Below are positions 45,305 through 53,107 of a stretch of DNA of 64,000 bases, one piece after another. Where the stretch lies: the NCBI GenBank assembly GCA_028689875.1, contig JAQVCG010000003.1, positions 3,662 through 67,661 of the forward strand, given 5' to 3'. This DNA comes from Candidatus Rifleibacteriota bacterium. GTDB lineage: Bacteria > Muiribacteriota > Ozemobacteria > Ozemobacterales > Ozemobacteraceae. Position 1 is the first letter of the stretch, and every line of letters starts with the position of its first letter. The position numbers and the translations under genes were made by a program. The notes beneath the pieces were generated by a model. The model saw only the letters and a list, made by a program, of their open reading frames with translations. It had not been told where the DNA came from and made no database searches.

Positions 45305-47110
45305 TCAAGAAACTGTTAACACAGTCTGTCCAGCTACTACTTGATCTCCTTGAGGTATGGCAATTTTCATAATTTTGCCTGAAACCGGTGATTTAATTTC
45401 TGTTTCCATTTTCATTGCTTCCAGAATAAACAGAACGGTTTCTTTACTTACGGGATCGCCCTCTTTAACATTCATCTTTACAAGCACTCCCGGCATTGGT
45501 GCCACCACATCGGTAGTTTTACCGGTTGATTGAGGCTGCAAATTAGGCGTAGCAGATGAAGCTGTAAGTTCAGAGACATTAAAATCGTAAGTTTTGCCAT
45601 TAACTATAGCTTTATTACCATCAATAGTAACCGCAAAGTTTTTACCATTAAGTGCAACATTTACGCCGGCACTCTTTGTGATAATTTCTTTTGCTTTTTC
45701 AGGTTCATTTTTTCTGACCATAAGTTTTGCTTCACCTTTAAGGAAGGTTATACCCTTATCTTGGCAGGTTGCAGCAATAAACAGATTTTCATCTGTAACG
45801 GGCAGTTTATTTTCTTCTAATTTTTGTCTTGCTACTTTGAGGCCTTTTTTGGGATCAGCATCATTAATTTCCAGAACAGTTTTTGTTGTTGGTTCTAACT
45901 TCAGCTGTTCAGCAGAAATTTTGATTACTTCTGCATCCGGTTCTACCGGGGTTTTTCCAAAATACCCAAGAACCATTTTTCCGTAACCTTCTGCAATTTT
46001 TTTCCAAGGCCCGAACATAACGTTATTAAAAGCCTGCTGGAAATAGAATTGAGAAACAGGAGTAACTGAAGTACCGAAACCGCCTTTTCTAACGACTTCG
46101 CTCATTGCGTCAATTACCAAGGGGAACTTATCTAATATTCCGTTATCCCTCATCATTTGGGTATTTGCAGTTAATGCTCCGCCCGGCATGGGTGAGAATA
46201 TAATTGTAGGATCAACAGCTCTTGATTCGGGAGGCATGAAATAATCTTTCATGCATTCCTGGAATACTTTTTCGGCTTCATAAATCTTATTTATATCAAC
46301 TCCGAGATCGAATTCTGTTCCACGTAAAACATGCCACATTGTCATAATATCGGGCTGACAAGTGCCGCCTGACACCGGCGACATGGCCAAGTCGAGACCG
46401 CTAGCTCCGGCTTCAAGAGCAGCCTTATAAGATACCACACCGTTACCGGCAGTTTCATGGCTATGGAATACGATATGCATATCTTCGCCGAGCATCTTAC
46501 GAGCAGATTTAATGGTTTCAAATACTTTGCTTGGGCAAGAAGTTCCTGAAGCATCTTTAAAGCAAATTGAATCAAATTTGATATTTGCGTCAAGAATCTT
46601 CTTTAATACGCTCATATAGAATTCAGCAGTATGAGCACCTTCGCACCCCGGAGGAAGTTCCATCATTGAAACAACAATTTGATGATGCAAACCTGCGTCT
46701 ACGATGCATTTTCCGCTATAGATAAGATTGTTAACATCGTTTAAAGCATCGAAATTTCTGATTGTGCTTACACCGTGTTTTTTGAATAGACGGGCATGTA
46801 AAGCAATAACATCGCTGCTCTGAGAATCAAGACCAACCACGTTAACACCTCTTGCCAAAGTCTGTAATTCGACATCGGGGCCAACAGTAGCTCTAAAAGT
46901 ATCCATCATTTCAAAAGCGTCTTCGTTGCAATAAAAATACAAAGACTGGAATCTGGCTCCGCCGCCGGACTCAAAATATCTAACTCCTGCTGCTCTTGCT
47001 GCTTCAACAGCAGGCAAAAAATCTTTTGTTAATACACGTGCTCCAAACACTGACTGAAAACCATCTCTAAAGGACGTGTCCATTACTTTAATAAGTTTTT
47101 TCTTTGGCAT
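45305..47110 (-). CDS. oadA: oxaloacetate decarboxylase alpha subunit (carboxyltransferase + biotin carboxyl carrier domain)
   Basis: The N-terminus has MDTSFRDGFQS (a HMGL-like carboxyltransferase TIM barrel). The C-terminal biotinyl-lysine motif is LEAMKMETEI. Confidence 0.88.
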   Translation of the reverse strand: MPKKKLIKVMDTSFRDGFQSVFGARVLTKDFLPAVEAARAAGVRYFESGGGARFQSLYFYCNEDAFEMMDTFRATVGPDVELQTLARGVNVVGLDSQSSDVIALHARLFKKHGVSTIRNFDALNDVNNLIYSGKCIVDAGLHHQIVVSMMELPPGCEGAHTAEFYMSVLKKILDANIKFDSICFKDASGTSCPSKVFETIKSARKMLGEDMHIVFHSHETAGNGVVSYKAALEAGASGLDLAMSPVSGGTCQPDIMTMWHVLRGTEFDLGVDINKIYEAEKVFQECMKDYFMPPESRAVDPTIIFSPMPGGALTANTQMMRDNGILDKFPLVIDAMSEVVRKGGFGTSVTPVSQFYFQQAFNNVMFGPWKKIAEGYGKMVLGYFGKTPVEPDAEVIKISAEQLKLEPTTKTVLEINDADPKKGLKVARQKLEENKLPVTDENLFIAATCQDKGITFLKGEAKLMVRKNEPEKAKEIITKSAGVNVALNGKNFAVTIDGNKAIVNGKTYDFNVSELTASSATPNLQPQSTGKTTDVVAPMPGVLVKMNVKEGDPVSKETVLFILEAMKMETEIKSPVSGKIMKIAIPQGDQVVAGQTVLTVS

Positions 47111-47122
47111 AATTCTATCACC

Positions 47123-47323
47123 TCATACTTTTTTCTTTGCAATAGCTATTGCTGCCGCAATTTCTTCTAATTCAGAAGAACCGCCATCAGCTACCGCCAG
47201 TTTTTTTTCGGGAAAGTAACTCAAAACAAATGAAATTAAATTCATCAGACCAATCATGATAAATAGGAAAAGATACACTATTATCATTCCAATGATCATG
47301 ACTATTGTTGCATTCGTGAGCAT
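47123..47323 (-). CDS. oadG: oxaloacetate decarboxylase gamma subunit (OadG family)
   Basis: A 66-aa single-TM protein encoded immediately upstream of oadA, with a GGAGG 7 nt upstream of the ATG. Confidence 0.7.
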   Translation of the reverse strand: MLTNATIVMIIGMIIVYLFLFIMIGLMNLISFVLSYFPEKKLAVADGGSSELEEIAAAIAIAKKKV

Positions 47324-47372
47324 TTAAGCCTCCTATTCTATTAGGGTTACGCATGATAGCACATTTATCGCT

Positions 47373-47405
47373 AAAAAACAAAACAAGCCCCTCTCTCAAG
47401 GGGCT
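47373..47405 (-). terminator. rho-independent terminator after the 47425-48510 gene
   Basis: On the minus strand the stem AGCCCCT/AGGGGCT (47386-47405) with a 6-nt loop is followed by TGTTTTGTTTTTT. Confidence 0.7.
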
Positions 47406-47424
47406 CGTTCTTTAATCTTTATCT

Positions 47425-48510
47425 TTAATTCTTTCCAAAAATCTTGTCTTTTCTCTCATTTACCAACTCGTTAATCCTGGGGCTGTATTCACTTCCAAGG
47501 CCCCTATAGAGAGTCTCTATTTTTTCGGGCTTTTTTGGAGCGTATCTGTTGTAGCCCTGAACTTTCTTTCTCACAGGCTCAACAACTTTTACAACACCGG
47601 CGGGAGGCGGAGCGCTATCAATTGCAACCATATCATCAATTGCAATGATTTCATTGAGATCCATTGGCGGGATAATTTCTGCTGCAAAAGACATTTGATC
47701 ATCAGAAAGAATCGGCTTGCTATCGTCAACATTCTTAGCACAGAATGGCATATCTCTTGGGGGAGCAATCACTGCAGGAACCGCAGGCACCACAGAAGGG
47801 GCAACAGGAACGGGTGCTGCCACAACAACGCAATCAACATTTATATCACTTGAAACGCCGGCGGCCTGACTATCAATTTTCTGACAGATTTCTCTGATTT
47901 TCTTTCTCATCAGAACCATGCTTGATGGCTTATCTTGAACCCCAAGATTAGCTACTATTTTTTTATCTTTTTCTGTTCTTTGGTTTTTCAATTTGTTCAT
48001 CTTTGCGAAAGCCAAATCGAAGGAGGCATTTGTGCGTTTTTTAGCAGTTTTATCAACCCGAACAGCACTATCAGAGATTTGATTCAGTTCAGTTATAGCA
48101 CTCGAAGCTTTTTTTTGAGCAACAGTTTTTCTAGCCTTTACAGGAGCAGAAGGCACCTTTACTTCAGAAGCCGGCACCAGTTCGGCACGGCCTGATTCGT
48201 AACTAACTTTCAGGGGCACTGAGAACCAGTTCCATTCGGGAGGAATTTCGTCTCTGACTACAGTCTTATCATTTTTTTGATAATTAGAACTTTTTTTAGA
48301 TACACTCTTCCTTTTAAGAGATTTTGATTCACCAGAAACAGACCTTGAACTTACATAAACTGACGAAGCAGAAGAAGCAGCAAACAAAGCTCCGCCGCAT
48401 TTCCCTGCAACATCGCAAATAGAAGTATTTAGAAAATTTGACGCAAAAAGCATCAATGTTCCAAGAGCAAGCATAGAAGGTAGCCCTTTTATTTTTCTGG
48501 TAAATCTCAT
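47425..48510 (-). CDS. secreted/anchored hypothetical protein with Ser/Lys-rich and Pro/Val/Ala-rich segments
   Basis: It has an N-terminal signal or anchor (LALGTLMLFASNFL) and low-complexity stretches (VAAPVPVAPSVVPAVPAVIAPP). I recognise no family. Confidence 0.5.
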   Translation of the reverse strand: MRFTRKIKGLPSMLALGTLMLFASNFLNTSICDVAGKCGGALFAASSASSVYVSSRSVSGESKSLKRKSVSKKSSNYQKNDKTVVRDEIPPEWNWFSVPLKVSYESGRAELVPASEVKVPSAPVKARKTVAQKKASSAITELNQISDSAVRVDKTAKKRTNASFDLAFAKMNKLKNQRTEKDKKIVANLGVQDKPSSMVLMRKKIREICQKIDSQAAGVSSDINVDCVVVAAPVPVAPSVVPAVPAVIAPPRDMPFCAKNVDDSKPILSDDQMSFAAEIIPPMDLNEIIAIDDMVAIDSAPPPAGVVKVVEPVRKKVQGYNRYAPKKPEKIETLYRGLGSEYSPRINELVNERKDKIFGKN

Positions 48511-48626
48511 TATATTAAGTTCCTTTAGTTTCTAGTGAATATTAGTCATCTATTTTAAATACAATATAAACTGATTAGTATATCTATAAACGCACAAATT
48601 GTCAAGGTCGTAATAGTAGAACGAAC

Positions 48627-49193
48627 TTACTTTTTAACTCTTTCGAGATAATCACCGGTTCTGGTATCGACTCTTATCATTTCGCCTGCCTCTATAAACA
48701 TGGGAACGTTTACTACGTGACCACCTGCACAAGTTACAGGCTTAGTGCTGCTGCTTGCAGAGTTTCCCTTTACGTTAGGCGGAGCTTCGATAACTTCAAG
48801 TTCAACAGACGGCGGAAGTTCTGCGCCTATTGCACGACCATCGTGAAGCTTAACATAAATTTCCATTTGCTCTTTCAGAAATTTAGTCTGATCACCAAGC
48901 AAATCTAATTCCATTTCCATTTGCTCGTAAGTATTTGTGTCCATAAAGTGCAGAAAGTTATCCGATGCATACAAATACTGCATTAATTTCGTTTCTACAG
49001 ACGCTTCATCAACTTTTTCGGTGGTCTGATAACGCTGCATAAAGATTGAGCCGGTTTTAAGATTCTTTAGCTTTGCTTGTGCCATTGCGCGCCAGTTTCC
49101 GGGTCGCACAAACTCGATATCAACAATCTGACACAGTTCGCCCTCGTAAATTATAACCATGCCTTTTCTTAAATCGTTTGCAGTAATAGCCAT
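48627..49193 (-). CDS. efp: elongation factor P
   Basis: The 188-aa protein is colinear with EF-P: DLRKGMVIIYEGEL, EFVRPGNWRAMAQAKLKNLKTG, VPMFIEAGEMIRVDTRTGDYLERV. Confidence 0.9.
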   Translation of the reverse strand: MAITANDLRKGMVIIYEGELCQIVDIEFVRPGNWRAMAQAKLKNLKTGSIFMQRYQTTEKVDEASVETKLMQYLYASDNFLHFMDTNTYEQMEMELDLLGDQTKFLKEQMEIYVKLHDGRAIGAELPPSVELEVIEAPPNVKGNSASSSTKPVTCAGGHVVNVPMFIEAGEMIRVDTRTGDYLERVKK

Positions 49194-49351
49194 TTAAATT
49201 CTCCTAAAATAGTATCGGCAGGATTATATCATAATTATCCCTATAGCAAAGTTTTTTTTATTTAATTTGCATATTTTTTTTCTTTTTGCACAATGCAAAC
49301 ATTTTTAAAATAATATTATCATAAAATTCTTAATAGATATTAAAATATATG

Positions 49352-49365
49352 TGATAATATTATCA
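49352..49365. promoter_or_regulatory. perfect 14-bp palindrome TGATAATATTATCA (Fur/PerR-box-like operator candidate)
   Basis: It lies in the divergent efp/uppP intergenic region. The identical 16-mer GTGATAATATTATCAT recurs at 62680-62695. Related GATAAT/ATTATC hexamer elements sit at 49222-49239, 49308-49321 and 49448-49461. Confidence 0.45.
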
Positions 49366-49485
49366 TCACAGAAACAATTGATTGGGGACTTGTATTATTT
49401 TCCAAGATTTTCTAACATAATGAGCTTTGTCAGTCGATGTTCCCTATAGATAATATTATTCTGACAAAGCTATTGGAGGCATATT

Positions 49486-50298
49486 TTGCTTATCAACATC
49501 ATTCAGGGCATAATTCAAGGCCTAACGGAGTTTTTGCCCGTCTCAAGCTCGGGACATTTAACATTGTTTCAGCATTTTACAGGCAGACACGACCTTGAAG
49601 CCAACATTTTTACAGATATAGCGCTTCATTTCGGCACTTTGCTGGCTGTTATATTTTATTTTAGAGCCGATTTATTGCCTTTTTTTACTATCTCCGGACT
49701 TAAAGACTCAAAAGTGCGCCGTCTTGGCTTGTTAATAATCACAGCTAGCGTTCCAACAGCCTTAATCGGACTTTTTTTCGAAAAAAAATTTGAAGCTGTT
49801 TTTTCATCGCCTTCGCTAGTAGCTATTGCTCTTTTCGTAACCGGTCTGCTGCTTTTAATTGCTGAAAAAATTAAAACCAAGCAAAGCACAAATAGACTAG
49901 AAAACATAACAGAGCTGAGTTACACAAAAGCTGCAATAGTCGGAATTGCACAAGGATTAGCGGTAACACCAGGCATTTCAAGATCGGGCACAACTATTTC
50001 TGCAGGCCTTTTATCAAATTTGAAAGGTGAAGATGCGGCTCGTTTTTCATTTTTACTTATGATACCTGCGGTCGGCGGTGCTACCTTGTTGCACATACTA
50101 AAGGCTTTTAAAGCCGGAATTCCGGCTTCAGTTGAAGTATCCGCTCTTTTTCTCGGAATGATTGTTGCTGCAGTTACCGGTTTTCTATCTTTACGCTTTT
50201 TGTCTTACATCATAAAAAAACAAAAACTTTCTTATTTTGCATACTATCTTTTCGCGGTTTCGCTTGCCGCACTTTTCTTTATTAATTTTGCGGGGTAA
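49486..50298 (+). CDS. uppP: undecaprenyl-diphosphate phosphatase
   Basis: The N-terminal hallmark is GIIQGLTEFLPVSSSGHL, with a later PGISRSGTTI motif. The start is a TTG with a GGAGG 6 nt upstream. Confidence 0.9.
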   Translation: MLINIIQGIIQGLTEFLPVSSSGHLTLFQHFTGRHDLEANIFTDIALHFGTLLAVIFYFRADLLPFFTISGLKDSKVRRLGLLIITASVPTALIGLFFEKKFEAVFSSPSLVAIALFVTGLLLLIAEKIKTKQSTNRLENITELSYTKAAIVGIAQGLAVTPGISRSGTTISAGLLSNLKGEDAARFSFLLMIPAVGGATLLHILKAFKAGIPASVEVSALFLGMIVAAVTGFLSLRFLSYIIKKQKLSYFAYYLFAVSLAALFFINFAG

Positions 50299-50302
50299 TA
50301 AA

Positions 50303-53107
50303 ATGAGCACTAAAAGGATATTACTGCCTGAACCTCCTGTCAGAGAACGAGTTAAATCAGGCAAGAGAAGTAAAAATGAACCCACCTACGCCTCCCCAAA
50401 AACAAGGGCAGGTAAAAGGCAAAGGGACAGCAAATGTGTAGTGTTGGTAACAGACAACCGACAAAGAAACGAAGCAATCGGTCTGATAATGATCGGGTGC
50501 AGCGCTTTTTCTTTGTCGCTTTTGCATTATGTAAGCTCTTCTCAAGGGTCTGCAATTGTTCAAGCAGCTATGATAAACCTTGGAATGGGAGTTTATATAA
50601 TTCCCTGTCTTGTTGGGATGCTTGGAATACAGAAATTTATGGAGCGCCCCTTCAAAAACTTAGGCTGGCGCATAGCCGGCTGTATAGGTGCCGTTATTTC
50701 GGGGCTTGGTTTGTTAGGTGTTGAAGGAGGCAAACTTGGTGGTTACACATTTAGCGCTCTTGCCTCACACTTCGGAAACGTTCCGACTAATTTATTGCTT
50801 TTTACAGCACTTGCCTCGTCTTTAATTTTTGCACTAGACATTCTTTACAAAGACATTCTCGCAGGCACATTAATTGTTGCCAGCTTAGCCACACGTTTTG
50901 TTATGTTTGTTTGGGAAGTGTTACTTTCACTTATTGCAATGACCATCGGTGCGGTCAAAACCACCGGCGATTTTTTTGGTGCAATTATAAACAGAATCGC
51001 ACAAACCTACAAAAACAGGATTTCTGAAACAGATGGCACTGAAAAAAGCGAACCAAGCGTATTATCTAATCTTTTGTCATTTAAATTAAGAAAATACGGC
51101 AGTAAAGAAGAGCCTGAGTTAAATGAAGAAGCTGAAGAAGAAATAGTTGCTCCGCCTGCAAATTCGCCACAAAATGACATCCCTTCTGTTATTGAAAAAG
51201 TTGAGGCTGAAGAGGCAACAATAATACCTGTTCCTGAAAAACCTGTATCTGTTGCCATAGCACCGGTTGCCGAAGTGAGCGTTTCCGGAGTTTCTATTCA
51301 AGTAAACCAGTTTACAGCTATGACAAATTTAGAAACTTCAATAAAATCTGAAATCGAAACGACCACTCCCCCACCCCACCCTGTGGAATCAAATAACGAA
51401 GAAGAAAGCAATAACTATAAGATTGAAGTTAATTTTGATGACGAATGCGAAGATGACGATGATGATTTAGAAATTATTGAAACTTCGCAAGACGAAACCG
51501 GAACCGTTACAAACAAAATGCCTGCAGTGAATCTAAATGTTGTTAAGACAGGAAAACCCACAGAGGCAGTTTACCTTGAAGACAATCCAATCGACAGAGA
51601 AATAAAAATTCAAGAATTAAATAATAGCAGCGACAATCAAGCTAAGGAAAAGTTTATAGCAAAACTTCCAAACCCGGCGGATATACTTAATCTTTCAAAG
51701 CCCAAAAATAACACAGACATAAAAGCCGACTTGGAAAACAGATCAAAAGAACTTTTAAAAACTCTTGGTGATTTTGGTCTTAAAGCTTCTATAACAGATG
51801 TTGTATATGGGCCGGCAATTTCTCGATTCGAATTAAAACCCGCACCCGGCGTAAAGGTAAGTAAAATAACAGGCCTCTCAGACGACATTGCGCTGGCACT
51901 TTCGGCTCAGTCTATAAGAATCGAAGCACCTATTCCGGGAAAACCGGCAATAGGAATTGAAATTCCGAACAAAGAACCAACACCTGTTTATTTTTATGAT
52001 TTAGTTCACAACGAAAAATTTAGTAACTCGCCTGTAATGTTAAACATTGCGCTAGGGCAAACCATTAACGGGCAGGCAGTATATGCTGATTTGGCCGACA
52101 TGCCCCATCTTTTAATAGCAGGTTCGACCGGCTCAGGAAAATCTGTTTGCGTTAATACCATAATTGCGAGTATCTTGTTCAAGGCAAGAGCCGACCAAGT
52201 TAAATTTATTATGATAGATCCAAAAATGGTTGAATTATCTTCTTATAATGGAATCCCCCATTTGATTTCTCCTGTTGTTACAGACCCTCAAAAAGCAGGC
52301 GATGCTTTGCTTTGGGCACAAGAAGAAATGACAAGAAGATACACGCTTTTGGCTGAATGCGGATGCAAAAAACTACAAACATACAACGAAAGCCTTGAAA
52401 GCCTTAGAGAAGAAATTGACCCGAACTTAGAGCCCATGCCGTTGATCGTAGTAGTAATCGACGAGCTTGCAGATTTGATGATGACTGCAAAAGACAAAGT
52501 AGAAACAACAATATGCAGACTGGCGCAAATGGCTCGAGCAGTGGGCATACACCTTATTATAGCTACTCAGAGACCTTCTGTCGATGTACTCACAGGATTA
52601 ATTAAAGCAAATTTACCGACAAGAATTGCATTTTCGGTAGCATCTGCGGTAGACTCTAAAACTATTCTTGATAGTAAGGGGGCAGAAAAATTAATTGGCA
52701 AAGGAGACATGCTCTTTATTCCTAAAGGCAGAAACAAGCCTTTAAGAGTTCAAGGAGCCTTTGTTTCTGACTCAGAACTCAAAAAACTGGTAGACTTTGT
52801 TAAACAGCAAGGTTCGCCTGAATATGTTGACATTGCCCCAATGCAAACCGACGATGAAGAAGATGATAGTGACGACTTCAGAGAAGACTCAGTTGCTGAT
52901 TCTGATTCAGAATTAATCAACAGAATAGTAAATTATCTTGAAGCACAGGAAAAAACATCAACAAGTATGCTACAAAGAAAATTCAGAATAGGTTATAATA
53001 GAGCCGCAAGAATTATGGATCAGCTTGAGGAAAAAGGTATGGTTACACCAACAGACGGATCAAACAAACGTAGAGTGCTTATCGGAAGGAGTATCGCTCA
53101 GCTATGA
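50303..53107 (+). CDS. ftsK: DNA translocase FtsK/SpoIIIE
   Basis: The N-terminus has TM helices, followed by a long acidic/Pro-rich linker. The motor carries Walker A AGSTGSGKS and Walker B VVVIDELADLM. The C-terminal gamma winged helix is MLQRKFRIGYNRAARIMDQLEEKGMV. I prefer the ATG at 50303, 4 nt after the uppP stop. Confidence 0.9.
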   Translation: MSTKRILLPEPPVRERVKSGKRSKNEPTYASPKTRAGKRQRDSKCVVLVTDNRQRNEAIGLIMIGCSAFSLSLLHYVSSSQGSAIVQAAMINLGMGVYIIPCLVGMLGIQKFMERPFKNLGWRIAGCIGAVISGLGLLGVEGGKLGGYTFSALASHFGNVPTNLLLFTALASSLIFALDILYKDILAGTLIVASLATRFVMFVWEVLLSLIAMTIGAVKTTGDFFGAIINRIAQTYKNRISETDGTEKSEPSVLSNLLSFKLRKYGSKEEPELNEEAEEEIVAPPANSPQNDIPSVIEKVEAEEATIIPVPEKPVSVAIAPVAEVSVSGVSIQVNQFTAMTNLETSIKSEIETTTPPPHPVESNNEEESNNYKIEVNFDDECEDDDDDLEIIETSQDETGTVTNKMPAVNLNVVKTGKPTEAVYLEDNPIDREIKIQELNNSSDNQAKEKFIAKLPNPADILNLSKPKNNTDIKADLENRSKELLKTLGDFGLKASITDVVYGPAISRFELKPAPGVKVSKITGLSDDIALALSAQSIRIEAPIPGKPAIGIEIPNKEPTPVYFYDLVHNEKFSNSPVMLNIALGQTINGQAVYADLADMPHLLIAGSTGSGKSVCVNTIIASILFKARADQVKFIMIDPKMVELSSYNGIPHLISPVVTDPQKAGDALLWAQEEMTRRYTLLAECGCKKLQTYNESLESLREEIDPNLEPMPLIVVVIDELADLMMTAKDKVETTICRLAQMARAVGIHLIIATQRPSVDVLTGLIKANLPTRIAFSVASAVDSKTILDSKGAEKLIGKGDMLFIPKGRNKPLRVQGAFVSDSELKKLVDFVKQQGSPEYVDIAPMQTDDEEDDSDDFREDSVADSDSELINRIVNYLEAQEKTSTSMLQRKFRIGYNRAARIMDQLEEKGMVTPTDGSNKRRVLIGRSIAQL

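Noticed and set aside
49351-49366. Reading the AT-rich palindrome next to ftsK as a dif (XerC/D) site.
   Set aside because: dif is about 28 bp with asymmetric arms (for example ...ATAA-TGTATA-TTATGTTAAAT). It is normally single-copy at the terminus. Here the core is a symmetric 14-mer, the flanks do not match XerD-arm consensus, and two identical copies lie 13 kb apart. An operator explanation fits better.
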